Source: an uncultured Candidatus Saccharibacteria bacterium (lineage in GTDB: Bacteria > Patescibacteriota > Minisyncoccia > UBA6257 > 2-01-FULL-56-20). Taken from it: a stretch of DNA of 64,000 nt. The notes under the pieces were generated by a model. The model did not search any database. It had not been told where the DNA came from and saw only the letters and a program-made list of their open reading frames with translations. The stretch is from positions 180,579 through 244,578 of the forward strand of contig CAYIOP010000001.1 in the NCBI GenBank assembly GCA_964365185.1. Direction: 5' to 3'. Position numbers and translations under genes: made by a program. Below are positions 9,444 to 20,007 of the stretch, one piece after another. Every line of letters starts with the position of its first letter. Positions within the stretch are counted from its first letter, which is position 1.

Positions 9444-12400
9444 ATGGGAAAATTTGTCCACTTACATACACATTCTCATTATTCCCTGCTCGATGGGCTC
9501 GCGAAAATTGATGACTTGATTTTACGCACTAAGGAATTAGGGATGGATTCTTTGGCGATTACGGACCACGGGGTTTTATACGGCGCAATTGAGTTTTACA
9601 AAAAAGCCAAGAAGGCCGGCATCAAGCCGATTTTAGGAGTGGAGGCGTATATCGCTCAAGGCAGTCGGCATAAAAAAGAGGCGGGAGAGAAATACTATCA
9701 TTTGATTTTACTTTGCGAGAATCTGACTGGTTGGAAAAATCTGGTGAAACTGATATCAATCGCGCATTTAGAGGGTTTTTATTATAAGCCGAGAATTGAT
9801 AAGGAACTTTTAAGAGAATATCACGAGGGGTTGATTGGCCTTTCAGCTTGTTTGACCGGCGAGGTAAATAAATTATTAGTCAATGATAAATTTGAAGAAG
9901 CCAAACAAGCGGCAAAAGAATACGAAGAAATTTTAGGCAAAGAAAATTTCTTTTTAGAAATTGGCGATCACCCGAATATTCCGGAAGCGACAAAACTCCG
10001 AGAACGAGTTATTAAACTTTCGAAGGAAGTGGAAATAGGAATGGTGGGCACGCAAGACATCCATTACGCGAAACCAGAGGATGCGGAATACCACGACATA
10101 CTAGTCGCGGTTCAGACCGGCAGCCGGCTGTCAGACGACGACCGATTAACGCTTAAGGCCGATGATTTTTCTATGACCTCGCCTGAGGTAATGATAGAGA
10201 AATTTAAAGATGTGCCGGAGGCGATTATAAATACCGTAAAAATCGCGGAGCGATGCCAGGTTGAGCTTGAGTTGGGAAAAATTATTCTGCCAAATTTTCC
10301 GAAACCGGACGGCAAAGCCGCGAATGAATATCTAGAAGAACTAATTCAAGAAAGAATTAACAAAAGATTCCCCGGAGAAAAATTAACTCAAGAAATAAGA
10401 GATCGACTTCAAATGGAACTGGGAGTAATCGAGAAAACCGGATTTGCGGATTACTTTTTGATTGTTCAGGACTTTATTCAATGGGCGAAAACGCATGGCA
10501 TTGCCGTTGGTCCGGGCCGGGGTTCGGCCGCCGGCAGTATTGTCTCGTTCATATTGGGCATTACGGATATTGACCCGATTGAATACGGACTGCTATTTGA
10601 AAGATTTTTAAACCCAGACAGAATTCAGATGCCGGATGTGGATGTTGATTTTGCTGACACCGGCCGCGATAGAGTTTTGGCTTATGTTAAAGAAAAATAC
10701 GGAGAAAATCGCGTGGCCCAGATTATTACTTTTGGAACAATGGCGGCCAGAGCCGGAGTGAGAGACGCGGGGCGAGCCATGGGCCTTTCATATAATTTCT
10801 GCGATCAGCTGGCAAAACTGATTCCTTTTAACGCCAAACTAGACGAGGCAATAGAGAAAGTGCCAGAGTTAAAAGAATTTTATGAGACCAATGAAGACGC
10901 CAAACGAGTGCTTGAAGCGGCCAAACACTTAGAAGGCGTGGCGAGGCACGCTTCGGTACATGCTTGCGGAATAGTCATTTCAAAAGAATCGCTAATGGAA
11001 TATTTGCCGCTTCAGCTGGCTCCGCAAGACAAAAACAATATTATTACACAATTTGAGATGCACGCGGTTGAAGACCTGGGACTTTTAAAAATAGATTTTT
11101 TGGGCCTTAAAAATTTAACTATTATCGAGGAAACAACAAAGTTAGTGAAAGAACGACAGGGAATAAATATAAAAATATCGGAGTTACCGCTGAATGACGA
11201 AAAGACATTTAAACTACTAAGAAGAGCGGATACCACGGGAGTTTTTCAATTGGAGGGCGGGGGCATGAGGCGATATTTAAAAGAACTGCAGCCATCGGAA
11301 CTTGAGGATATTATTGCCATGATTTCTCTTTACCGGCCGGGAACGCTCGACGCGGGAATGGTGCCGCATTATATTTCCCGCAAACTGGGCAGAGAGAAAG
11401 TGACCTATCTTCATCCCAAATTGGAGCCAATACTAAAAAAAACATACGGCATTATGGTTTACCAAGAGCAACTAATGGAGGTGGCGAGGGTGCTCGCGGG
11501 ATTTACTTTTTCAGAGGCCGATACCTTAAGAAAAGCGGTGGGGAAAAAAATAAAATCATTACTTAAAGAACAGGAGGAAAAACTTATCTCCGGAATGATT
11601 AAAAACGGAATTGACAATAATAAAGCCAAAGAAATTTGGCAGTGGTTTGAACCCTTTGCCAGGTACGGATTTAATCGCTCACACGCGGCGAGCTATGCGC
11701 TTATCGGATATCAAACAGCGTACTTGAAGGCCAACTTTCCTGAAGAATTTACGGCGAGCTTGTTAAATTCAGAATTAGACGATATTGATCGCATCGCATT
11801 TCTGGTTGATGATGCCAAAAAAGCCAATATCTTAATCTTGCCGCCGGATATTAATAAAAGCTTTGTAAATTTCACGCCGGAAGATGGAAAAATCAGATTT
11901 GGACTTTTAGCCATTAAAAATGTAGGTGAACAAATTGCCAATAATATCATCAAAGAGCGAATCCGGGGTGGCGACTTTCAGGATTTGAAGGATTTTTTGG
12001 GCAGAATTCAGCATAAGGACCTAAACAAAAAATCATTGGAGAGTTTAATTAAGGGAGGGGCGTTAGATAATTTAGGCATTGAAAGAAATCAACTAATTCA
12101 AAATATTGATGAAATTTTAAAATTTAGCGCGGTGACCAAAAGAGGTTTAGTTTCAAATCACAACTCTCTTTTTGGAGAAACGATGGTTGGTTTTAGCGCG
12201 TTGAAATTAAAAGAGGCGCCGCCAGCAACTCCAGAAGAAAGATTAATTTGGGAAAAAGAGCTTTTAGGACTATATCTTTCGAACCATCCACTTAAAAGAT
12301 TCGCGGATAAAATGAAGGCCTCACAAGCCAGGCCAATCAATGAAGTCAAGCTCATTAAAAACGAGAATCAGATTTTTCGAATCGCGGGCTTGCTTTCTAA

Positions 12401-12620
12401 AATACAGAGAGTAATTACGAAGACCGGAAAACCAATGATCTTCGCTAAAGTTGAAGACCTATCACCGCAATCGATTGAAGTGATAGTTTTTAACAACACT
12501 TTAAATAAAACCGTGCCGGTGTGGCAAGAAAATAATATAGTGCTTATTCAGGGCAAAATTTCCTGGCGAGACGGAGACCCGAAAGTAATTTGCGACCAAG
12601 CTAAAATTCTTGAGGTCTAA
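9444..12620 (+). CDS. dnaE: DNA polymerase III alpha subunit
   Basis: PHP domain HLHTHSHYSLLDG, GRGSAAGS, PDVDVD, YGFNRSH. Confidence 0.98.
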   Translation: MGKFVHLHTHSHYSLLDGLAKIDDLILRTKELGMDSLAITDHGVLYGAIEFYKKAKKAGIKPILGVEAYIAQGSRHKKEAGEKYYHLILLCENLTGWKNLVKLISIAHLEGFYYKPRIDKELLREYHEGLIGLSACLTGEVNKLLVNDKFEEAKQAAKEYEEILGKENFFLEIGDHPNIPEATKLRERVIKLSKEVEIGMVGTQDIHYAKPEDAEYHDILVAVQTGSRLSDDDRLTLKADDFSMTSPEVMIEKFKDVPEAIINTVKIAERCQVELELGKIILPNFPKPDGKAANEYLEELIQERINKRFPGEKLTQEIRDRLQMELGVIEKTGFADYFLIVQDFIQWAKTHGIAVGPGRGSAAGSIVSFILGITDIDPIEYGLLFERFLNPDRIQMPDVDVDFADTGRDRVLAYVKEKYGENRVAQIITFGTMAARAGVRDAGRAMGLSYNFCDQLAKLIPFNAKLDEAIEKVPELKEFYETNEDAKRVLEAAKHLEGVARHASVHACGIVISKESLMEYLPLQLAPQDKNNIITQFEMHAVEDLGLLKIDFLGLKNLTIIEETTKLVKERQGINIKISELPLNDEKTFKLLRRADTTGVFQLEGGGMRRYLKELQPSELEDIIAMISLYRPGTLDAGMVPHYISRKLGREKVTYLHPKLEPILKKTYGIMVYQEQLMEVARVLAGFTFSEADTLRKAVGKKIKSLLKEQEEKLISGMIKNGIDNNKAKEIWQWFEPFARYGFNRSHAASYALIGYQTAYLKANFPEEFTASLLNSELDDIDRIAFLVDDAKKANILILPPDINKSFVNFTPEDGKIRFGLLAIKNVGEQIANNIIKERIRGGDFQDLKDFLGRIQHKDLNKKSLESLIKGGALDNLGIERNQLIQNIDEILKFSAVTKRGLVSNHNSLFGETMVGFSALKLKEAPPATPEERLIWEKELLGLYLSNHPLKRFADKMKASQARPINEVKLIKNENQIFRIAGLLSKIQRVITKTGKPMIFAKVEDLSPQSIEVIVFNNTLNKTVPVWQENNIVLIQGKISWRDGDPKVICDQAKILEV

Positions 12621-12692
12621 TCCATCACCCTTTAGAAAAGGATGAGGGATAAATTTTGCTAAGACAATGACTAGCGCGGAAATATCTAGTTT

Positions 12693-13106
12693 CTAATTCT
12701 TTATTTTACTAGATTTATAGGTTTCGGGTTTAAAAGCAGGAATTTTTTTGATTTGAGGATGAAAAGATTTTTCGGTCTCAAAATAATCTTTTAAACTGTT
12801 TTCAAGATCTTCTTGGTCATAACCTAGGGCAATAATATCGGGCTTGACGCTTTTGAAAATATTCCAGCTGCCGATTTCGCTATCCCCTTTTATAATTTCG
12901 TCGACAAAATTAAACTCTTTTAATTTTTTAATCCGCCCGGATAAATTATCGATTGGTGATTTATTTTTCAGCTTACGGACGACTTCATCTGGAGTGACCG
13001 CCACAATTAAATAATCACCGAACTTTTTGGCTTCGCGCAAAAAAAATTGGTGGCCGGCATGGAGACCATCGAAGACGCCGAAGACGAGTACCTTTTTTTG
13101 TGTCAT
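12693..13106 (-). CDS. Cytidylyltransferase-family nucleotidyltransferase (RibL/FAD synthase-like)
   Basis: FGVFDGLHAGH (HxGH), PDIIALGYDQ, KSSKI. Confidence 0.8.
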   Translation of the reverse strand: MTQKKVLVFGVFDGLHAGHQFFLREAKKFGDYLIVAVTPDEVVRKLKNKSPIDNLSGRIKKLKEFNFVDEIIKGDSEIGSWNIFKSVKPDIIALGYDQEDLENSLKDYFETEKSFHPQIKKIPAFKPETYKSSKIKN

Positions 13107-13154
13107 GTATCAGGTGTCAGATACCAAGTAAACTCGCAATACCTGAAATTCAAC

Positions 13155-14609
13155 TTACTTAGTTTTTGGAGCGCGCATGAGGGGGAAAATGACGGTTTCG
13201 CGCACGGGCTTATCCAGAATAACCGCGAAGAGACGTTCAGAGACACCAAAGCCAGAAGCTGGAGGCATGCCGTATTCTAGGGCTTCTAAGAAATCCTCGT
13301 CGAGTTGCTGAGCTTCGGTATCCCCGGCTGCTCGAAGTTTCATCTGCTCCTCGAAGCGCTTTCGCTGATCAATAGGATTGTTTAATTCGGAAAATCCCTT
13401 GCCGAGCTCGGTACCAGCGGCCATCATTTGAAATCTTTCGACAACAGCGGGATTTTTATCATGGCGTTTAGCTAAGGGTTCAACTTCAACCGGCGGATTA
13501 ATTAAAAAGCAGGGCTGAATGAATTTAGGCCGAATAGTTTTTTTATAAATAAGATCTATCAATCGTCCTTTCCCGAAATTCCTATCGGGTTTCAAATCAA
13601 GAGCGATGGCTTTTTGAAATAGTTCTTCGCGGCTGGCGGAAGTTGGATTTAAGTGATTAGCTTTTTCAAATTCTTTGACATAGTCCACTTGAGGCCATTT
13701 TTTGGCCCAATTGATTTTTTGACCTTGATAAGTTGTGGTTAAAGAGCCAACGGTTTTTTTGATGACGGTTTTATAAAGTTTCTCGATGAATTTCATTAAT
13801 TCTTCATAATCGCTGTAGGCCCAATAAAATTCGAGCTGGGTGTAGTCCTGAAGATGTTCGCGATCGATGCCCTCATTTCTGAAAACTCGGCCGATTTCAA
13901 AAACCTTTTCAAAACCGCCAACGAGGAGTTTTTTAAGCGGGAGCTCTAATGAAATTCTTAAATAGAAATCGGCGTCTAATGCATTGTGATGAGTTTTAAA
14001 TGGTTCGGCCTCGGCGCCACCGGGAATTGATTCTAAGACAGGGGTCTCAACTTCAAGAAAACCAGAATTTTTCATTTCATCCCTAAAAGTATCCCAAAAG
14101 ACAGATTTTTGATAGAAAATTTTCTTGGCCTCTGGATTTAACAAAAGATCCAAATAGCGTTTGCGAAGGCGAAGTTCTATGTCTTCCAGTCCAAAATGAT
14201 CACTCGGCAAAGGATGAAGGCCCTTGGAAAGCAACATAGAGGATTTTACTTCTAAACTTTCTTCGCCTTTTTTGGTTTTAAAAGGAATACCGAGAGCCCA
14301 ATAAAAGTCGCCCCGATCAAGAGTACTTTTTATAAAATTAAAATTCTTTAAAATATCTTTCTTAAAGACCAATTGAATTTGAGAATTTTCGTCCTTTAAG
14401 TCGGCGAACAAGACCCCGCCCTGGTCTCTAAAAGAGACGATGCGACCAGAGACAGCAACCCTGACTCGGCGCCTGGCTAAAGCAACAAATTTTTTTCTAA
14501 CTTCACCAATCGAAACTCTTTTTTTGGTCTTGACGGGATAGGGATTTAAGCCAGATTTTTTGATGGCTTCCAGTTTTTTGAAACGTTCCTCAATGAGGTC
14601 GTGAAGCAT
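13155..14609 (-). CDS. lysS: Lysine-tRNA ligase (class II)
   Basis: OB fold; YLRISLEL, FRNEGID, ALEYGMPP. Confidence 0.97.
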   Translation of the reverse strand: MLHDLIEERFKKLEAIKKSGLNPYPVKTKKRVSIGEVRKKFVALARRRVRVAVSGRIVSFRDQGGVLFADLKDENSQIQLVFKKDILKNFNFIKSTLDRGDFYWALGIPFKTKKGEESLEVKSSMLLSKGLHPLPSDHFGLEDIELRLRKRYLDLLLNPEAKKIFYQKSVFWDTFRDEMKNSGFLEVETPVLESIPGGAEAEPFKTHHNALDADFYLRISLELPLKKLLVGGFEKVFEIGRVFRNEGIDREHLQDYTQLEFYWAYSDYEELMKFIEKLYKTVIKKTVGSLTTTYQGQKINWAKKWPQVDYVKEFEKANHLNPTSASREELFQKAIALDLKPDRNFGKGRLIDLIYKKTIRPKFIQPCFLINPPVEVEPLAKRHDKNPAVVERFQMMAAGTELGKGFSELNNPIDQRKRFEEQMKLRAAGDTEAQQLDEDFLEALEYGMPPASGFGVSERLFAVILDKPVRETVIFPLMRAPKTK

Positions 14610-14618
14610 GAATAACTA

Positions 14619-15077
14619 CTACTCGATCATCGTGATCAAGTAACTTAACTCGCCGTTTGGGGTTTGAACCGAAACTTTATCGCCTATTTTGTGCCCTAGA
14701 ATAGCTTGACCGAGCGGCGACTCGTTAGAAATTCGGCCTTCTTCCGGCTTAGTTTCGTTAGAACCAACAATGGAATATTTTATAGTGGTAGTATTTTTTT
14801 TCAGAGTAACCACGGAGCCAACTCTAACTTTATCAACCGAACCGCTTTTTTCGATGATGACAACTTGTTTTAGAATTCCTTCAAGTTCATTGATGCGAGT
14901 TTCGACTTTAGCTTGTTCTTCTCTGGCTTCGGAATATTCCGAGTTTTCGGAAAGGTCGCCGTATTCTTTGGCGGTTTTTAATCGCTCGGCGATTTCACGT
15001 CTTTTTTCTATTTTTAGCGACTCAAGCTCTTTTTTGAGCTCACTTAGACGTTCTTCAGTGAGATAACTTTTGTTCAT
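14619..15077 (-). CDS. greA: Transcription elongation factor GreA
   Basis: GDLSENSEY and ISNESPLG. Confidence 0.97.
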   Translation of the reverse strand: MNKSYLTEERLSELKKELESLKIEKRREIAERLKTAKEYGDLSENSEYSEAREEQAKVETRINELEGILKQVVIIEKSGSVDKVRVGSVVTLKKNTTTIKYSIVGSNETKPEEGRISNESPLGQAILGHKIGDKVSVQTPNGELSYLITMIE

Positions 15078-15170
15078 AGTGATGATAAATATTTAGCTTA
15101 AGTTTACATAAAATTCTTCACAAACGCAAACAAAACCTCATTATTTAAAGCAGAAAATGCAGAAACTGAT

Positions 15171-15815
15171 CTAAACCAAATAAGACGGAAAGGTGATAGA
15201 AACCGGAACCTCCTGAATTCTAAGATTGCTTTTTTGGGCTAACTTAATCGTCTCAATTAAAAAATTTCGGTTTTTGGATTTTGATAAGCTAAAAATTTTC
15301 TCGGCGGAATCAGCAGTAAAACCGCGGAAGCTTGAAGTGGGATCTTTGAGTAAATTCTTAAAAAAGGCTTTTCTGAAAAAGAAATTAATTGGCTGAGGAA
15401 GAAACCATTTAAAAAATAAAGCGGGGTTGGTTTTTTGAATTAAATGACGGTGGCCGATAACAATATCCGCTCCGGCTTTAAATAAAGGCAACATGTTTTT
15501 GATATTTTGGGCAGAGATAAAATTATTGGAATCGATAATTAACCTGATCTCTCCGCTTGCAAGAAGCATGCCTTGCCGAATGGCATCACCAATGCCCGAA
15601 TTTTCTGAAGCATTAACGAACTTTAGATTGTTTACGGCTTCAGACATTTTTTTAACAATCTCGCCAACATTATTTTTATTGCCGAAACTAACAACAATCA
15701 ATTCAGTAGGAACTTTAAGATTCTCGAGATGCTGATCGACGTCGCTTATAATTAGTGGCAGATTTTCAATCTCTTTTGAGACCGGAAGGATGGCGGATAG
15801 AAAAGGTTTGGACAT
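15171..15815 (-). CDS. Glycosyltransferase family 2-like (Dol-P-Glc synthase-like), degenerate motifs
   Basis: LSAILP, GIGDAIRQGMLLASGE, GADIVIG, DPTSSFR, IQEVPV. Confidence 0.7.
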   Translation of the reverse strand: MSKPFLSAILPVSKEIENLPLIISDVDQHLENLKVPTELIVVSFGNKNNVGEIVKKMSEAVNNLKFVNASENSGIGDAIRQGMLLASGEIRLIIDSNNFISAQNIKNMLPLFKAGADIVIGHRHLIQKTNPALFFKWFLPQPINFFFRKAFFKNLLKDPTSSFRGFTADSAEKIFSLSKSKNRNFLIETIKLAQKSNLRIQEVPVSITFPSYLV

Positions 15816-15816
15816 T

Positions 15817-15935
15817 TAAATAGAAAGTAGAATTTAGAAAATAGAAAATAGGATTTAGAAAAGAAAAAGTAGAAAATAAAAAATAGGATTTAGAAAATAG
15901 TAAGTAGGAAGTATTGGGTATTGGGTATTAGGATT
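15817..15935. repeat. Degenerate 7-bp tandem array (TAGAAAA/TAGGATT, then TATTGGG x2-3)
   Basis: Visible 7-nt periodicity in the map-GT2 spacer. Confidence 0.75.
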
Positions 15936-15950
15936 ATTATAGCATTACTT

Positions 15951-16724
15951 TTAGGTTCGGGTTAGAACGCAGGGGCCTTGGGCGGTTAAAGCAATGGTAT
16001 GTTCAAAATGAGCAGAGAGATCGTGATTTTTAGTTATAAAACTGCCGTCGGATAATTCTTTGATTTGACTCCCCTCGGGTGGAGACCCGGATGAAACCAT
16101 GGGCTCAATAGCCAATACGGTGCCAATTTCAAGTTCCTCGCCTGATTTAGGCCGACCAAAATTTAAAACATTAGGATCTTCGTGGAGTTTGCGGCCAATG
16201 CCATGGCCAGTTAACCTCTCGACAATAGAAAAATTCTCTTTAGTCACTCGTTTTTCGATGGCTGAACCAATATCACCTAAAGTATTGCCAACTTTGACTT
16301 CTTTAATAGCCAAATCAAGAGCTTCTTTAGTTGCTAAGATAAGACGCTCCCCAATTTTGGGAATATTGCCAACGCCAACTGTAATCGCCGAATCGAGATA
16401 AAATCCTTGATAGATTAGACCTAAATCTAATTTAACGAGATCGCCATCTTGAATAACGTAACTCGAGGGAAGGCCATGTACAATGGTTTCATTTATGGAA
16501 GCACATAAAGTTTTAGGATAAGGTTTTTGGCCTCTATGAGAACGGTAGCCCAAAAAAGCGGGCTTAGCTCCGTAGTTTTTTATAAGTTTAGAAGCCAGTT
16601 CATCCAAAAAATCAGTAGTTATGCCGGGTAATACTTCTTTTTTTAACGCCTCAATGACAGCGGCTAAAATTTGGCCGCCTTCGGCCATAATCTCAATTTC
16701 TTCGGGATTTTTTAAGATGGCCAT
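15951..16724 (-). CDS. map: Methionine aminopeptidase type I
   Basis: VHGLP, DSAIT, GHGIG, AIEPM, SAHFEHT. Confidence 0.97.
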   Translation of the reverse strand: MAILKNPEEIEIMAEGGQILAAVIEALKKEVLPGITTDFLDELASKLIKNYGAKPAFLGYRSHRGQKPYPKTLCASINETIVHGLPSSYVIQDGDLVKLDLGLIYQGFYLDSAITVGVGNIPKIGERLILATKEALDLAIKEVKVGNTLGDIGSAIEKRVTKENFSIVERLTGHGIGRKLHEDPNVLNFGRPKSGEELEIGTVLAIEPMVSSGSPPEGSQIKELSDGSFITKNHDLSAHFEHTIALTAQGPCVLTRT

Positions 16725-17379
16725 AAATTTGATTGAAAACTTTGTAGGGCGCCGGTTCGGCGCTAATTTTGTAAATTTTGTACTTTCTGGCGGCCAATAT
16801 TTCTATAATCGGTTCGGTTCTTTTTCGATATTCCCCTAATCGTACTTTGATAGTTTCGACTGTGTCTAAAGTCCGGCGATAAAACGGCCCGGCGCAAACC
16901 GGACAATGTTTTGGATTTCTAGATGGATAGTAGGTGGTTAAAAGTGGAGATTTACAGACCGAACAAAGAATGCGGCGACTGTTTCTTTTTATAGAAAGTT
17001 CTTCGCTCATTTTTAAAACAAGAACATAAATATTTTTTCGGCCATAGAGACGATCCAAAATCGGCAGAACTTTTTCGGATTCATAGATAGTTCTTGGCGA
17101 GCCGCTAAAAACTATGCCGTGGCCGGTTTTAGCTATAGTTCGAATATGTTGGATGATTTCTCGCGCCACAAAACTAGGAGTCATTAGCTTACCGGAATCA
17201 AAAAGTTTTCTTTCTCGAGAAATAACTTTATTTTTTTTGCCCGTTCCGCCATGAACCAGCGACTCCAAAAAGCGGCCGGTGTCAAAATGCATTAAATCAA
17301 GCTTCCCCGCCAAAAGATTGGCTTGAGTGCCTTTACCGCTGCCTGGAGGCCCGTACATAATAACCGCGATTTTAGCCAT
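16693..17379 (-). CDS. adk: Adenylate kinase with Zn-type LID
   Basis: GPPGSGKGTQA P-loop; CSVC...CPVC; lies between secY and map. Confidence 0.9.
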   Translation of the reverse strand: MAKIAVIMYGPPGSGKGTQANLLAGKLDLMHFDTGRFLESLVHGGTGKKNKVISRERKLFDSGKLMTPSFVAREIIQHIRTIAKTGHGIVFSGSPRTIYESEKVLPILDRLYGRKNIYVLVLKMSEELSIKRNSRRILCSVCKSPLLTTYYPSRNPKHCPVCAGPFYRRTLDTVETIKVRLGEYRKRTEPIIEILAARKYKIYKISAEPAPYKVFNQIYGHLKKSRRN

Positions 17380-17387
17380 ATTTTTTT

Positions 17388-18659
17388 CTATTCAAGCCCA
17401 TCGTATTCGCGAACCGTGAGTTGAGAGTTGACTTGCCGCATGGTTTCAAGAGCAACAGAGACAACAATTAGAAGAGCGGTGCCACTAATGGTTAAAACGC
17501 CAATACCGGTTAAATTTTGAATAATAATCGGGGAGACGGCAATTAACCCTAAAAAAAGCGCGCCAAAAAGAGTGAGTCGCTTAATGGTGTGGGAGAAATA
17601 TTTCCCAGTGCTCTCTCCGGGACGGATACCGGGCACAAAGCCGCCGCTCCGCTGGAGATTTTTCGACATCTCTTCAGGATTAAAAGTGATGGCAGTGTAA
17701 AAGTAGGTAAAAGCAAAAACTAGGCCAAAATAGAAAATGCCGTAGAAAAGCTGGTTGTTTAAAACACTCGTGACTAAACTATTTAATTTGACAGAGAAAT
17801 CGGGAGAAATAATCGAAGAAATTTGGGCCAGAAATTGAGGGAAGAGTAAAACCGAAATAGCGAAGATAAGAGGAATCATTCCGGCTTGATTGACTTTAAG
17901 GGGCAAATAACTAGAGGAACCGCCGTAAATCTTATTACCCCTTACCCGACGGGCGTAAGCGATAGGCACTTTGCGTTCACCTTCATTTAAATAAACGACG
18001 CCAACAATCAAAAGAAAAGCTATAACAATGAAACCGATAAAAATGGGAAGTTGGCTAGAGGTATAGGAAGCAACAACCAAACGAAGGGTTTGGGGCAAAC
18101 TGGCTAATATACCAGCCACGATGATTAAAGAGATGCCGTTTCCGATTTTCTTTTCACTAATTATTTCTCCTAACCAAAGAGCCAACATGGAGCCACCGGT
18201 AATAACAAAAACATTGGTAATCATATTAATAAAATCTGGCCGGTCAATAACTCCTTGGCTAATTAATAAACTTAAGAAACCATAGGATTGAAGAGCAGCC
18301 AAAGGAACGGTCAAAAGCCGAGAATACTGATTAAATTTAGCCCTACCCTGCTCCCCTTCTTCGTAATAAAGAGCCTTGAACTTGGGAAAAATCATGGTTA
18401 AAAGCTGCATAATAATGGTAGCGGTGATGTAGGGACCAACACCAAGCATGACAACTGAAAGATTGTCTAACCCGCCACCAGAGAAAATATTTAAGAACCC
18501 TAGGAGTTGATTAGAAGAAAAATAAGCGGCCAAACGTTCGGCATCTATGCCAGGAATAGGCACAGCGCCTAAAAGCCGGTAAGCAACCAAAAGACCGGCC
18601 ACAATCAAAATTTTGTTGCGGATGTCTTTAATTTTAAAAATTTGAAGGAAACGGTTCAT
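17388..18659 (-). CDS. secY: Preprotein translocase SecY
   Basis: LGVGPYITATII, IGNGISL, VPGIRPG. Confidence 0.98.
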   Translation of the reverse strand: MNRFLQIFKIKDIRNKILIVAGLLVAYRLLGAVPIPGIDAERLAAYFSSNQLLGFLNIFSGGGLDNLSVVMLGVGPYITATIIMQLLTMIFPKFKALYYEEGEQGRAKFNQYSRLLTVPLAALQSYGFLSLLISQGVIDRPDFINMITNVFVITGGSMLALWLGEIISEKKIGNGISLIIVAGILASLPQTLRLVVASYTSSQLPIFIGFIVIAFLLIVGVVYLNEGERKVPIAYARRVRGNKIYGGSSSYLPLKVNQAGMIPLIFAISVLLFPQFLAQISSIISPDFSVKLNSLVTSVLNNQLFYGIFYFGLVFAFTYFYTAITFNPEEMSKNLQRSGGFVPGIRPGESTGKYFSHTIKRLTLFGALFLGLIAVSPIIIQNLTGIGVLTISGTALLIVVSVALETMRQVNSQLTVREYDGLE

Positions 18660-18714
18660 AAGTTGACTTATAATTAATAACTAATGACTGACGACAATAA
18701 AAGGGAAGGTAGAT

Positions 18715-19158
18715 TTAACTAGTTGAGCCACCGGCTTTCTCAATTTTTATTTTAACACTTTTTGAGAATTTCAAGCCCTTCAAAGCAACGGCAATTTTAA
18801 TGTCATGATTGCCCAAAATTTTGATATCGCCTTTGTACTTTTTAGGAATAAGGCCCGCTTGACTCAAAAGATTTCGGTCGATGATGGCCGGTTTTTCTTT
18901 CTTAGGAATAGGATTGAGCTTGGCGATTACGGTTTTTAGATTCAAGACCAAAGATTTGGGACTGGTTGGCTTATTTTTGAAACCGCGTTTTTTAGGAAGA
19001 CGAATGATAAGATCTCTTTCGGCCTGCCGAATGCGGCGGCCGGCCCGAGATTTTTGGCCTTTAATGCCCCGACCGGAATACGTTCCTCTTTTACCACCAC
19101 GACCGACTCTTTTTTTACTTTTTCTTTTTTCGATTGAAATAAGATTGTGAAGCTGCAT
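18715..19158 (-). CDS. rplO: 50S ribosomal protein L15
   Basis: RVGRGGKRGTYSGRGIKGQKSR and LPKKRGF. Confidence 0.97.
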   Translation of the reverse strand: MQLHNLISIEKRKSKKRVGRGGKRGTYSGRGIKGQKSRAGRRIRQAERDLIIRLPKKRGFKNKPTSPKSLVLNLKTVIAKLNPIPKKEKPAIIDRNLLSQAGLIPKKYKGDIKILGNHDIKIAVALKGLKFSKSVKIKIEKAGGSTS

Positions 19159-19162
19159 AAAT

Positions 19163-19624
19163 TTATTTTTTCAACTTTTGAAGCGCTCGAATAGTCGCCA
19201 TGGCGTTGGTTAATTTATTAGTTGTCCGTCCAAGATTTTTAGCAGAAGCATCTTTGACGCCGGCTAAACTCAAAACAAAGCGCGCGGCGCCACCGGCTTT
19301 TAGGCCGTGTCCGGCTGCGGAGGGTTTAATCAAAATCTTCGCGGCGCTGTATTTTGCCATAACTTCGTGAGTAATAGTCCGACCGTCTTTAAGATTCACA
19401 AACAAAAGGGCTTTTTTGGCTTTTTCCTTAGCTTTACCAACAGCAGATTGAACATCGAGGCCTTTGGCGACACCGATGCCAACCCTGCCTTTTTCATCGC
19501 CGATAGCAACCGTGGCTCTAAACCGAAACCGCTTGCCGCCAGCGACGACCCGAGTGACCCGCCTTAAATCAAGGACTTTTTCTTTAAATTCGCTTTTTAC
19601 CATTTTCGGAATAAAATTACGCAT
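19163..19624 (-). CDS. rpsE: 30S ribosomal protein S5
   Basis: RVTRVVAGGKRFRF. Confidence 0.97.
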   Translation of the reverse strand: MRNFIPKMVKSEFKEKVLDLRRVTRVVAGGKRFRFRATVAIGDEKGRVGIGVAKGLDVQSAVGKAKEKAKKALLFVNLKDGRTITHEVMAKYSAAKILIKPSAAGHGLKAGGAARFVLSLAGVKDASAKNLGRTTNKLTNAMATIRALQKLKK

Positions 19625-19629
19625 AATAT

Positions 19630-19992
19630 TTAGATTTTAATACCGCTTTTTCTAATACCTTCGGCAATGGCCGCGACCCGACCATGGTAGAGGTAGTGGC
19701 GCTTATCAAACACAAATTGACTAAGCCCCAACTCAATCGCTTTTTTGCCCAACATTTCTCCCACTAAATAGGCCTGCTCTTTTTTGGTTTTCTTTAAATC
19801 CGTCGGTTTTAAATTTTTAGATGAAGCCGAAAGAAGAGTGTTTCCTTTTTCGTCGTCAATAACTTGGCAATAAATAAAACGATTACTTCTTGAAACAGCT
19901 AAACGGGGCTTTTTTGGGCTCCCAAAAATTTTAGCTCGAGTTCGATTAACTCTTTTTAGTTTTTTTTGATTTAAGCTTTTTTTAGAATTCAT
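19630..19992 (-). CDS. rplR: 50S ribosomal protein L18
   Basis: PRLAVSRSN and YHGRVAAIAEG. Confidence 0.97.
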   Translation of the reverse strand: MNSKKSLNQKKLKRVNRTRAKIFGSPKKPRLAVSRSNRFIYCQVIDDEKGNTLLSASSKNLKPTDLKKTKKEQAYLVGEMLGKKAIELGLSQFVFDKRHYLYHGRVAAIAEGIRKSGIKI

Positions 19993-20007
19993 GTTGGTTT
20001 TTAAAAA

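Noticed and set aside
16069-16090. Possible small palindromic insertion in map (SPPEG)
   Set aside because: Too short and imperfect to distinguish from loop variation without an alignment
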